Part shown: one piece after another, positions 54,183 to 63,915 of the stretch
Numbering within the stretch: the first letter of the stretch is position 1
Layout: every line of letters starts with the position of its first letter
Sequence record: NZ_CP118918.1
Direction: 5' to 3' (one strand)
Length of the DNA: 64,000 nucleotides
Source: a plasmid
Position numbers and translations under genes: made by a program
The notes under the pieces: generated by a model
Databases searched by the model: none
What the model was told of the DNA's origin: nothing
Seen by the model: the letters and a program-made list of their open reading frames with translations, nothing else

Positions 54183-56597
54183 CCCGGCCGCAAGCCCCGA
54201 TGAGTTCGCGCCGAGCGCAGGTCCAGTCTCGGCGATGCCCCAGTGCCATCCTGGTAACGCTTCAAGCTGATCGCGCCGACGAGGGTGCAGCTTTCGGCGG
54301 CGCGAAGGCCGACGCATCTGGCGCACCCAGTCGCTCACATTAATGCCGTCCGGCGAGTGGTAATCAGCGGGTGGGTCGGCGTGGCCGTGCTCGGCCGCGA
54401 ATGCCGCTAGCGCAGCGAAAGAGTCATCCCACGTTGATGCCTGGCGGAGATCCCACGACCAGCCTGGCACCGCTTCGAGCTGTTTGCGTCGCTGCGGATC
54501 CATTCTGTCCCGGCGCCCGGGACGGCGCAGCGTGACCACCCAACTGTTGAGCTTGAACAACCTGGGATCCCCTGTGTCACGCGGCGGATAGGCGTGCCCG
54601 TGCTCGACCGCGAACGCCGTCAGAGCGGCTAGGTTCTCTTCCCACTGTGCCTCAGCGGGGTTCCACGCCCAGCCGGGCAGCGATTCCAGCCGCGCGCGGC
54701 GCTCATCGGACAACTTCGCTCGTCGGCGACGCTGATCGGAAACCCAGTGCCCCAGAGCAAGTCCGGACTCGGCATAGTAGGCCTGCGGCGGCCGGGCATG
54801 TCCGTGCTGGGCGGCATAGACGGCCAAGTCCCCGAAATTGATGTCCCATTGGTCATCAAGTGCCTTCCACGACCACCCGGGTAGCCCGGCAAGGCGCCTC
54901 GCGCGTGCAGCGGGCAGCTTTCCGTTGTTGTGAAGTCTGCGTTGCATCCCCACCCAATTGCCGACCGCGAAATCGCCAACCCGGTACGCCGCGGGTGGGC
55001 GGGTGTGTCCGTGCTCGGCCCCATACTGGACTAACGCAGCGAAGTTGGCCTCCCACTGCTGATCTGTGAGCGGATCCCACGTCCAACCCGGCAGCGACTC
55101 GAACAGTTCTACGCGGCGCGCTGGCATACGCCCCAATTTGTAGGCGGCGCGCTGATTTTGGACCCATATGCCCAGCGCATCCCCAGCGGGCGTGCGGTAC
55201 TTATAGTCCGGGTACGGGTGGCCATGGGCCTTGATGAAGTCCGTGAGCGCGTTGAATCGCTGGTTCCAAATGGCTTCATGCTGGTTCCATGCCCATCCAG
55301 GCAGGCTCTCGAGAAGTTCGACGCGGTGGGCAAGAAGACGGCCCTGAGAATACCGGGTGCGCTGATGCTGAATCCAGGTGCCGAGATCGGCGCCAGACGG
55401 GGCCAGGTGCCGGCGGGGCACGTTGGAGTGACCGTGTTCGGCGGCGAATGCCCGAGCGGCCTGGTAATGCTGGTCCCACTGCCGAGTCAGCGAGTCGACG
55501 GTGTGAACGCTGAAAGCGCTAAAAAACTGTGCGGCAAGCTTCTTCGGCAATTTCGCGGGGAGGTGGATATCTAGGATATCGGTCTCGATGTCGGTGACAT
55601 CATCGGCGCTAGGACCGTCAGCCAGGCGCTGCCGGACCAGTCCGAGATCGCGGTTCAGTGTCGGATCGTGGCTCTGCAGCGCAGCAAGGACCTGGCGCAC
55701 GCGTTTGAATTCGCTTATGTCGATGACCGTTTCGGCGTCCTGGCTGTCATCGACTGTGACGGCCAGGACGATGAGGGCGGGCCGGTCATGATTGGGGTTC
55801 TTGCGGATAGCTCTGCCGACCGCTTGGGCCACATCAACCTCCGACGATCGCGGCTCGGCGAAGAACACGGCATCCAGAGCCGGGATATTGATGCCCTCGG
55901 TCAAACAGCGGGCGTTGGTGACCATGTTCCACCGCGCAGGGTCGTGAATAGCCAACGTCTGCGTGGCGGCCAGCCGATCACTGAGCTTGGTGGAGCCGTC
56001 GATATGGATGACCTTCGCGGCGCGACCGTCACGGACAAGGCCCCTGGCCGTCAACAGCGCGTGAGTGCGGCGAAAAGTGGCTGCAAACTCTGAACTTGCG
56101 GCAATCGTATTGTGAAACGCCAGCACGCTGGACAACCCGTAATCAGCGGCAGCCTGGGTCAGCGCGATCGAGGAGGCGACATGATCGGCGCGGGCTGCAC
56201 CATCCTCGCCGGCCGCCAAACTGATCATCCGCAGATCCTTGAGCGCTGACGACACCGCGCTATCAGCCACCGCAATGACCGCGACCTTGAACGGTGACAG
56301 AATCCCTTGCTCGATAGCGGCCCGGGTGGGCAAGGTGAAGACCTGCCGTCCGTACAACTCAGGGTCATCCATGGAGGCCACCGAACGCCGTCGCGGCTTG
56401 CCCCCGCGAGTGCGCGGACCACTGTGCACCTTCGGTGTCGCGGTGAAGAACAGCCGATGCGCCGCGGGGATCAGCCTGTCATCAAGCGCGGCGGCGAACG
56501 GCTTGCCCTTGAGCCCCGCAGTCCGGTGCGCCTCGTCGCATTTACTGATCGGACTCACGGAACCGGGCCGCGGATCGTGCGGGAATGCGTCGCGCAC
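54096..56597 (-). pseudogene. SF2 (DEAD/DEAH-like) helicase lacking the N-terminal motif I/II region, followed by about six 'helicase-associated' (HA) domain repeats
   Basis: Starts at motif III FFTATPK, then helicase-C CLTEGINIPALDAVFFAEPRSSEVDVAQAVGRAIRK. Repeated W...L..F...HGH...PP...Y....G..LG.WV..QR.....L...R...LE.LPGW.W units. No Walker A upstream. Confidence 0.7.
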
Positions 56598-56876
56598 ATG
56601 TAAGCCACACGACGCGGGTACGGCGTAACTACCCGATTAGATCGGACCGCTGGCTTGCTAGGGTATTGACCGACATGGTGCCAGTCGAGCCGATCTCCCA
56701 CCGGCTCCGTGACCTGGCCGGCAGCGACTAACGTCTACCTGTGGGTCAACGGAATCCACCCCAAAGTTCGACTGGAGCAGAAAACGCCGTGTTTGCTGGT
56801 GATGACGGGAGCGCGTGCCGACCACCGCAAGGGGCTGGTCGAGCTCGCCTGCGCATCCGAAAAGTTGATCTTCGAT

Positions 56877-57443
56877 ATGACACCAAGTGACTGTCGGAGC
56901 CGGCCGGTACCCTCAACCGCGGCCAGAAAGGGTCCGCATCACGGCAGGAGTTTGGCATTGGGTACACGGACGGTGTTCTATTCGTTCCACTACGACCGTG
57001 ACGTTCACCGCGTCCAGCTGGTGAGGAATATCGGCGCCGTAGACGGAAGCCCCGCTCTCGGATCGCAAGAGTGGGAAACCGTCCGGCGCAACAGCCGGCA
57101 GGCGGTAGTCAGCTGGATCGACAAGCAGATGGCGTACAAGCGAGCTGTGGTCGTCCTTATCGGACAGCAGACTGCGAACCGCCCCTGGGTCAAGTACGAG
57201 ATCGAGAAGGCATGGAACAACAAGAAGCCCCTCGTCGGCGTTCACATCCACGGGCTGTCATCTATGGGGCTCACCGACACCAAGGGGGCTAACCCGTTCG
57301 ACGCAGTCGCTGGCGTCACGAGCGTGCCGGTCTTCGACCCCACCAAGCATGACTATCTAGGCCGGATCGACACCAAGGCCACCTACGCCTACCTCGCTGC
57401 CAACTTGCCTAGCTGGGTGGACCAGGCGAGAGCACGCGCGTAG
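56877..57443 (+). CDS. TIR-like domain protein of the DUF1863/ThsB type (start uncertain; ORF opens at 56709)
   Basis: RTVFYSFHYDRDVHRVQLVRNIGAV...SWIDKQMAYKRAVVVLIGQQTANRPWVKYEIEKAWNNKKPLVGVHIHGL matches the ThsB/MTH538 TIR-like pattern (FxSFhYxxD...V.vLIG..T..r.WV.yEI..A....K.lvgV.i). Confidence 0.65.
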   Translation: MTPSDCRSRPVPSTAARKGPHHGRSLALGTRTVFYSFHYDRDVHRVQLVRNIGAVDGSPALGSQEWETVRRNSRQAVVSWIDKQMAYKRAVVVLIGQQTANRPWVKYEIEKAWNNKKPLVGVHIHGLSSMGLTDTKGANPFDAVAGVTSVPVFDPTKHDYLGRIDTKATYAYLAANLPSWVDQARARA

Positions 57444-58465
57444 TGCCTCCAGCGGAATGCCCGTTCTGCGAGATCGTCGACCGCAGCGATCCTGACGTGC
57501 GCGAGGTATACCGCGACGCGAATGTGGTCGCCTTCTTCCCGACCGACCCCGCAGTACTAGGCCACACACTGGTGATCCCGCGTCGCCACGTTCCGGATAT
57601 CTGGAGCTTGCGCACCGAGGAGGCCGCGCAGCTCTCCGCGGCCGTCCTACGACTCGCTGAAGCGATTCGGGCGGCGGTCGTCCCCGAGGGCTTCAACATC
57701 ATCCAGTCCAACGGAGCGGCCGCTACACAGACGGTTTCCCACCTACACGTCCATCTCGTCCCTAGGAACGATGCGGACGCGATGGGGCCTATCTGGCCGC
57801 AAGAGACGGACTATTCCGAGGACCGCAAGGACGATGTGCTCAACCGGGTCAAATCGGCGGTGTCTTCTCTCAAACCCGTCGAGCCGGAGGTGTCACCGGA
57901 GGACCGACGCAAGCACCTCGACTACATCCAAGCTGTGGTGACTCGACAGTCGGCGGCCTCAGCGTCCGCGAAGGGGTGGCTGCTTCCTGTTGTCACTGCA
58001 CTTTTCGGGTTCGCACTCACCCAGCACGTGTGGCTGCTCGCCCTGCTGGGAATGTTCTTGATTGCCGTGTTCGCCTACATCGACGCGAATTACCTCCGCA
58101 GCGAGAAGGCTTACCGCGCTCTTTACAACGCGGTAAGCCGCTCCGAACGCATGGTTCCGCGATTCACGCTCGACCCAACGGACGCCCACGAGCCGCAATG
58201 CGGCGATGCGCCTGCCGCAGCGAAATGGAAGGTGTTGCGCGACAAGTACCTCCCCCCTCGGGAGGTGTGGACGTCGTGGTCGATCGCCCCTTTTTACAGC
58301 GCAATGCTGTTACTCGGTGTCGGAGTGGCCGTCACCGCAGCGTTCACTGCCGATAAGGCTGCGATACCTTTACCGCACGGACCCACGATGACCACGACCG
58401 TGGTGAGCACAGTGCCGGCGTCCCCCGCACCTGTACCCGCTCAACCGAAGTCGCCGCCGCCGTGA
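57443..58465 (+). CDS. HIT (histidine-triad) domain fused to a C-terminal transmembrane domain (2-3 TM)
   Basis: CPFCEI..., GHTLVIPRRH, HLHVHLVPR (intact HxHxHxx). TM segments GWLLPVVTALFGFALTQHVWLLALLGMFLIAVFAYI and WSIAPFYSAMLLLGVGVAVTAAF. GTG start overlaps the TAG of the TIR gene (TAGTG). Confidence 0.7.
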   Translation: MPPAECPFCEIVDRSDPDVREVYRDANVVAFFPTDPAVLGHTLVIPRRHVPDIWSLRTEEAAQLSAAVLRLAEAIRAAVVPEGFNIIQSNGAAATQTVSHLHVHLVPRNDADAMGPIWPQETDYSEDRKDDVLNRVKSAVSSLKPVEPEVSPEDRRKHLDYIQAVVTRQSAASASAKGWLLPVVTALFGFALTQHVWLLALLGMFLIAVFAYIDANYLRSEKAYRALYNAVSRSERMVPRFTLDPTDAHEPQCGDAPAAAKWKVLRDKYLPPREVWTSWSIAPFYSAMLLLGVGVAVTAAFTADKAAIPLPHGPTMTTTVVSTVPASPAPVPAQPKSPPP

Positions 58466-58692
58466 GAATCGCCGATCTTGCCTTTCGTGGGCAGATACAG
58501 CATCGACGAATTGAAGCCGCGGATTCCCGCTACGTACAGCGAGAACGTCTCCGGTTCACGGACCTTTAGCCGGTCACGTAACGACATTCTCAGTATTCGC
58601 CAAAATTATTGCTGGGCAGTTGGTTACGCCAACTATCGACGAGCGAAGCGTCGTTGATCTGATCGCGGCGAGTTCGCTAGTCGGGCATCGCG

Positions 58693-61299
58693 TCATCCAG
58701 CAGCATCTTCTTCGGCGACGCGCTCCAGGACGTCCTCGATCGTCTCGTGCGGCTGCATGACGGTGTCCCAGAGCCCTATCGGGCGCTCTTCGCGCGCAAC
58801 GTTGGGATTGTCGGCGTATTCGAGGCTGGAGTCCTCGAAGGCTTTGAACTGGTAGATGGCGGCGTTCATGTGAATCGGATTGAACACCCCGATCTGGTTG
58901 AGCAGCTTGAAGTCCTCGACGCTCAGGCCGGTGACCCGCTCGAACAACAGGCCGTCCACGCCGAGGATGATGTCCTTGAGTGCCTGCTCCCGGACCTGGG
59001 TGACGTACATGAACACCGGGATCTTGGCGAGCAGCTTCTGAAGCTTCTCGCGGATCTCCTTGCGGCGCTTGGCGGTCTCGGACTGCTCCCGTTTCTGTTC
59101 ACGGTTGAGCTTGCCGTCGTCGCTTTCCCGTTTGGCCTTCTTAAGCAGCTTCGAGGAGGTGACGACCTGCTCCGCGGTCTGCGCCAGGTTGCGGAAATCC
59201 TCGATCCGGCCGAGGGCCTCCAGCAGATCGGGGTGGTCGAGCAGCTTGGTGAGGGTCTGCTCGTTGATGTTGACCAGCAGGGGCGAGTTCCACCGCTGCG
59301 CGAGCGCGGTCGCGCCGATGCCGGTGGTGGCCCAGTTCAGCACGTCGGCGGCGTCGAGTTCGGTCATCATGCCGCCAGCGAAGGCGAAGATTGGCAGATA
59401 GTTCAGCAGCTGGCCGATAGCTTCCTGCGGTGTCGTATCCCCGAGGGCGCCCAACCGCATGCCGTACTCGCCGACCAGGGTCAGGGCCCGGTTCGGATCG
59501 AACTCGAAGACGTACACCGGGTCCTTGAGCACCTCCACGGTGCCGTCCGGGAGGCGCTTTGACCACGGCGACTGCACCCGGAACGCGGCCTGGAAATAGG
59601 TTTCCGGGGACCTAAGCGAGCGCAGCATGAGGATCGCGCCCCATTCGCGCACCGTCACCCCGGTCATCAGCTTGCCGCAAGTCAGGGTGATCGACCCAGT
59701 GCCGGTCTTGGCAGCACGGTTGATGGCGTCGGTCACAGGGGGCTTGGCCTCCTTCCCCATTCCGACCCCGCTGCCGGCGGCCACCACGACCTCGAAAGTA
59801 GAGAAATACGGGTGCTTCTGCAGGGCGTCGCGCATGGCGAAGCACGCGGCCACGTCGTTGAGATACCAGACCGAATGCGTGATGGCGCGTGCAAACACCG
59901 GCGCCTGGTAGGGGAACGGCGGCTTCTGCCCGCCGACGATCTGCAGCTTCATCTGCTCGGGCAGCGTCCCGCGCAGCATCTCGAGGAACTCGAACACCCG
60001 GTTGGGATCCTCGAACAAATAGGCCCCAGGAGCGGTGGAGGTGGATCTCGGTACGACCTTCTTGGCCCTGAAGTATTCGTTGAGGGAGAAGCCGTCGAAT
60101 TCCCCGTCGGCAGCCCACCTTTCGGCGTCCCCGCCGATGTCGTAGCTGAAGATCTGCATCCCCGGCAGGTCGATGTAGGGATTGGATTCGGCAGCAATGT
60201 CCCAGCGTTCCTTCTCGCGCTGCTCGTCGACGTAGGTCCAGTTGAAGATCTGATCCTCGGTGAACTCACCGTTGGTGATCGCGCGAAACGGGGTTCCCGA
60301 CAGGTACAGGTAGTGGTGGCTAGACAGACCCAGATCGTCCTCAGTGACCGAGTCGTCGGGCTCCTCGGCCTCGGCGATCTCGGCGTCGGTCGGGTCGTAC
60401 AGCTCGCGAGCCGAATCGCGCCAGGCTCCAAAGTGATATTCGTCAAGGACGATGACATCCCAGTCGATGAGGTGGATTACCTCGTTGTGCTGCTTGATGT
60501 TCCCGTCCGCGGTTCTGCCGCGCATGTCCTGGAACGAGGCGAACCAGACCACCGTCTCGGGGGCGTCGGCCGCGCCGTCGCGGTCCTCCGGCGAGGACTC
60601 CCGGTCCACGAATCGCCAGCCCTCGAAATCGACGTGGGTGAGCAGGTCCTCTTTCCACGCGGTCTGGACCACAGGTTTGTAAGTGAGCACCAGGATGCGC
60701 TTCCAACCCATTTCACGGGCGAGTTGGTAGGTGGTGAAGGTCTTACCGAAGCGCATCTTGGCATTCCACAGGAACCGCGGGGCGTGGGCGTCTTCGGCGT
60801 GTGAGCGGAAGTAACCGGCGGTCTGGGCAACGGCCTCCTCCTGCTCGGGCCGCATTCCGAAGTCCGCGGTGCGGGTGCCGTCATAGGGCTTGCCGTTGCG
60901 CACTGCGACGATGGCGGCCTGGACCTCTTCGGGGGTTGCCTCGAACCATTCGGCATCCTTGCGGATCCCTTTAGCGACCAGGGCCCGGTGGACGTCGTGG
61001 TCACGGAAGGCGCTGCCATCGTTGCGCCGGGCCTCTATGTCCAGCAGCAGCGTCACCCCTTCAAGGTGCGGGAAAGCGGTGCCAAGCTGCTGCTTGATGC
61101 GCTGTAGCACTTCGGCTTTCGTTGTATCGCCGACTTTGATCAGACCCGTTCCGCTGGAGTGGGTGCCGCCGACCGTGCGTTCCCACCGCTGGGCATCCTT
61201 ACCGGGCAGCGTGTAGGCGTAGATCCGGCGGGCGACACTGCCCGAGCCGACGGTCTCGACCTCTTCCGGCGGCAGCGTCGTCTCCTCGGCGGCGGTCAC
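58693..61299 (-). CDS. T5orf172/GIY-YIG-like nuclease domain fused to an SF2 (ResIII/DEAD-like) helicase, 868 aa
   Basis: N-terminal RIYAYTLPGK...GTGLIKVGDTTKAEVLQRIKQ...EWFE (T5orf172). Helicase motif I MRFGKTFTTYQ, motif II VIVLDEYHFGA, motif III YLSGTPFR, helicase-C TLTCGKLMTGVTV...QAAFRVQSP. Confidence 0.75.
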   Translation of the reverse strand: MTAAEETTLPPEEVETVGSGSVARRIYAYTLPGKDAQRWERTVGGTHSSGTGLIKVGDTTKAEVLQRIKQQLGTAFPHLEGVTLLLDIEARRNDGSAFRDHDVHRALVAKGIRKDAEWFEATPEEVQAAIVAVRNGKPYDGTRTADFGMRPEQEEAVAQTAGYFRSHAEDAHAPRFLWNAKMRFGKTFTTYQLAREMGWKRILVLTYKPVVQTAWKEDLLTHVDFEGWRFVDRESSPEDRDGAADAPETVVWFASFQDMRGRTADGNIKQHNEVIHLIDWDVIVLDEYHFGAWRDSARELYDPTDAEIAEAEEPDDSVTEDDLGLSSHHYLYLSGTPFRAITNGEFTEDQIFNWTYVDEQREKERWDIAAESNPYIDLPGMQIFSYDIGGDAERWAADGEFDGFSLNEYFRAKKVVPRSTSTAPGAYLFEDPNRVFEFLEMLRGTLPEQMKLQIVGGQKPPFPYQAPVFARAITHSVWYLNDVAACFAMRDALQKHPYFSTFEVVVAAGSGVGMGKEAKPPVTDAINRAAKTGTGSITLTCGKLMTGVTVREWGAILMLRSLRSPETYFQAAFRVQSPWSKRLPDGTVEVLKDPVYVFEFDPNRALTLVGEYGMRLGALGDTTPQEAIGQLLNYLPIFAFAGGMMTELDAADVLNWATTGIGATALAQRWNSPLLVNINEQTLTKLLDHPDLLEALGRIEDFRNLAQTAEQVVTSSKLLKKAKRESDDGKLNREQKREQSETAKRRKEIREKLQKLLAKIPVFMYVTQVREQALKDIILGVDGLLFERVTGLSVEDFKLLNQIGVFNPIHMNAAIYQFKAFEDSSLEYADNPNVAREERPIGLWDTVMQPHETIEDVLERVAEEDAAG

Positions 61300-62906
61300 T
61301 CCTCGTCCTCGGAGGTGCCTTCGTCAGCTATTCGATACTTCACGCCGCCAGGGCGGTGGGAAGCGGGGATCGGGGAGTCCAGGGAGAGAATCGGCTCCCG
61401 CGGGTGGATGGTTCGGTCGATGTAGTCGCGCTCGTCGTCGGTGAGCCCGAAATTGTTGTACAGATCCTCGTCGGTCCACCGCTGCTTCATATCAAGCATC
61501 GGGACGAACTTGAATCTGTCCGGCGTGACGTCCTGGGTAACTTTCCGCTGCAGCACGAGGAAACGCGCGAACTTGCCCGCCAGGTAGTAGGCGAAGTTCG
61601 CCGTCTCGTCGGCGGTGTCGAACATCCCGGCGATCAAGTATGTCTGGGTGCACGCCGACCCGGGAGCGACTGCAATCGGCTCGCCCAGAACGTAGGAGAC
61701 ATCACGGCCGTGGCCGTCGCCCGCTTTGGGGATCAATACTTTCCAGCGGTCGATCCATTGGTGGTTACGCTCAATCTGATCGGGCCTGCTGTATCCGACC
61801 CGGTTGCTGTAGATCAGTGGGATACCGCCGGGGAAAGGCTCGGGAACGCTTCCCGCATAGTTCGAGAACATATTCAACCCGAAAGGCTTTCGGACCGAGC
61901 ACACCTCGGCGACGGTTTTGCTCGTCTTCGCCCGAACCTTGTCGACGATGGACATGGCGCGGTTGTCCCGGACGAGAACACCATCACCTGCACGAAGATC
62001 ACGCACCAGCGTGGAGAGGATCACGCCATCTATCCGCGTGGAGAATTCGCAGTCGCCGTCGTGCTCGCGGTCCCAGAGAAAGTAGGAAACACCGCCTTTG
62101 ATCTCGACGCCGGGAAAGCAGTCAAACAACTTGGGGTTGTCGACCAACTTGGCGAGGTGACGATCGGCAATCATCTTGTCGCGGAACTCATCGAGCCCCT
62201 TGCCGCCGGCGAACCAGCGCGACGGTGTGATCATCAGCAGGTAGCGGGGGTTCATCGAGATGGCCATCTCAACGAATCGGTGGTAAATCGTCGAGGCGGT
62301 TGCGCCGTAGCCTTCGGTGGAAAGTTGGTATGGGGGGTTGGTGACGATGATGTCGAACTTCATGTCCTTCATTTCTTTCGTCGGGTACGCGTCGTGGATG
62401 AACGAATACGCATGGTTCTCGCGAGCTTCGCGCTCAAGGCTTTCCGGCGCACCGCACACGGTGCAGCGGCCTCGGATGAACCTGTGCGGAGCCGCGACGA
62501 AAGGCAAATTCCCGTCCGGGTCGTCGAAACGAACCACCGACAGCTCGCTAGAGGCGTCGCGAGCGCAGTACACGCTGCGCCGCGAAATCATCCCGGTCAT
62601 CTGGGTGATCGACGTACCGAAAAGCATGTCGCGGTAGATGTGCTTGCGACGCTTGTCGAAGTCGGGTTCCCACTCCTCGAGCCCGGCGAGAAGGCGGGAG
62701 GCGATCTCGCGGAGGAACACCCCGGACTTACAGCACGGGTCGAGCCAGCGGTAATTGGGCTCGCTCCACACGTGGGCCGGAAGGATGTCGAGCATCGCAC
62801 GCGCCACCCTGGGTGGGGTGGGAACCTCGTCGTTGGACAGTTGCGCCAGGCAGTCGAGAATGTCTGGCACATGGTTGCCGAATCGCCGGTGCAGGACCTC
62901 TGTCAT
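61296..62906 (-). CDS. Eco57I-family (gamma-class) N6-adenine DNA methyltransferase with C-terminal target-recognition region
   Basis: Motif I VPTPPRVARAMLDIL...WLDPCCKSGVFL. Motif IV FDIIVTNPPYQ. 536 aa. ATGA overlaps with both neighbouring genes. Confidence 0.8.
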   Translation of the reverse strand: MTEVLHRRFGNHVPDILDCLAQLSNDEVPTPPRVARAMLDILPAHVWSEPNYRWLDPCCKSGVFLREIASRLLAGLEEWEPDFDKRRKHIYRDMLFGTSITQMTGMISRRSVYCARDASSELSVVRFDDPDGNLPFVAAPHRFIRGRCTVCGAPESLEREARENHAYSFIHDAYPTKEMKDMKFDIIVTNPPYQLSTEGYGATASTIYHRFVEMAISMNPRYLLMITPSRWFAGGKGLDEFRDKMIADRHLAKLVDNPKLFDCFPGVEIKGGVSYFLWDREHDGDCEFSTRIDGVILSTLVRDLRAGDGVLVRDNRAMSIVDKVRAKTSKTVAEVCSVRKPFGLNMFSNYAGSVPEPFPGGIPLIYSNRVGYSRPDQIERNHQWIDRWKVLIPKAGDGHGRDVSYVLGEPIAVAPGSACTQTYLIAGMFDTADETANFAYYLAGKFARFLVLQRKVTQDVTPDRFKFVPMLDMKQRWTDEDLYNNFGLTDDERDYIDRTIHPREPILSLDSPIPASHRPGGVKYRIADEGTSEDEE

Positions 62907-63595
62907 CGCCTCTTCCCCTTAGCCGCCAACGGCTTCGGATTGGCAGCCAGTTGCGCGTAGTGCACCGGAATCTCGTCACGTTGCGGCTCATCTGGCAGCA
63001 CATCGAACAGATCGAGCTGCGAGTCCAGCGCCGGCTCCTCCAGGGTTGACCACTTCCGCAAGAAGGTGCCGGCCGCGCCCGGCTGGTAGGAGACCAGTTC
63101 GATCACCTGGGCATCGGCGAGGGTGTCGGCGCGCACGATGTTGGTGGTGAGGATTGCGTCGACGGCCGACCAGAATCCGGCGGTTCGGGATGCCGGGTCG
63201 CCAATGTGAGTGGCGATGACGGAGCGCATATGCCGGCGGGAGTCGGTCACGTTTTCGGGGTCGATATCGATGCCATAGATCGAGGCCAGACAGCGAAGGA
63301 TCCGGTGCTCGTACTCCTCGCCGCGATACCGGGCAGGAGCCACCGCTGCCAGTTTGCGGCGCAAGATCTCGACCAGGAAGTTGCCGTGGCCTGCGGCCGG
63401 CTCGAGGAAGGTTTTGTCGAGGTTGTCGGGAGCTTCCTCGCTGGGGAACATGTCCGGTACGAGGTCAAGCATCGCGGTGACCTCACGGTGGTGGGTGTAG
63501 ACCTCGGCGAGATCCCGCACGCGGTTGCGGTTCTTGATCTGCTCCGGGCCGGCTTGAAAAAGCGTAGGGGCAACACCCTCGCTGGTCTCCGTCAC
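62903..63595 (-). CDS. MTase-like protein: SAM-binding motif I intact but motif IV degenerate (TNIVR instead of NPPY)
   Basis: TFLEPAAGHGNFLVEIL and IYGIDIDPENV (motifs I-III). FDAILTTNIVRADTL sits where FD.I.TNPPY is expected. 230 aa. First gene of the three-gene operon. Confidence 0.5.
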   Translation of the reverse strand: MTETSEGVAPTLFQAGPEQIKNRNRVRDLAEVYTHHREVTAMLDLVPDMFPSEEAPDNLDKTFLEPAAGHGNFLVEILRRKLAAVAPARYRGEEYEHRILRCLASIYGIDIDPENVTDSRRHMRSVIATHIGDPASRTAGFWSAVDAILTTNIVRADTLADAQVIELVSYQPGAAGTFLRKWSTLEEPALDSQLDLFDVLPDEPQRDEIPVHYAQLAANPKPLAAKGKRR

Positions 63596-63657
63596 CGCTG
63601 CCTCACCTCCGTACTGGTCCAGCTTACAAACAAGCAGGTCAAACAGGTCCGATAGTT

Positions 63658-63915
63658 CTAGTTGATTCCATTGAGGAGCTTGCCGGCTTCTCTCTGGCGC
63701 AGATTTCGGACGTTGGACCGAGACGCTTCGAGTCGTCGCTCAGCTTCAGAACGAGCAAGCCGCTCTGCGGCCAGGGCGGCACGCAACGTCTCGTTCTGCT
63801 GTCGCAGTTGTTCCCTGTCATCTTCGACCCACGTCCCATCAGGGTCGCGGAGCTGACCGAGCAGGTCGGCAACCGTTCGTGACAACGAACTGTTCTTTTC
63901 CCGGAATGTGCGCAA
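63658..63915 (-). CDS. small coiled-coil hypothetical protein
   Basis: 85 aa, Arg/Glu/Leu-rich, at the window edge upstream of the MTase operon. Confidence 0.3.
   Translation of the reverse strand: MRTFREKNSSLSRTVADLLGQLRDPDGTWVEDDREQLRQQNETLRAALAAERLARSEAERRLEASRSNVRNLRQREAGKLLNGIN

Noticed and set aside
53246-54265. 339-aa minus-strand ORF.
   Set aside because: Overlaps the MazE/MazF pair on the opposite strand. Arg/Ser/Gly-rich with no motifs. The MazEF reading is strongly supported.
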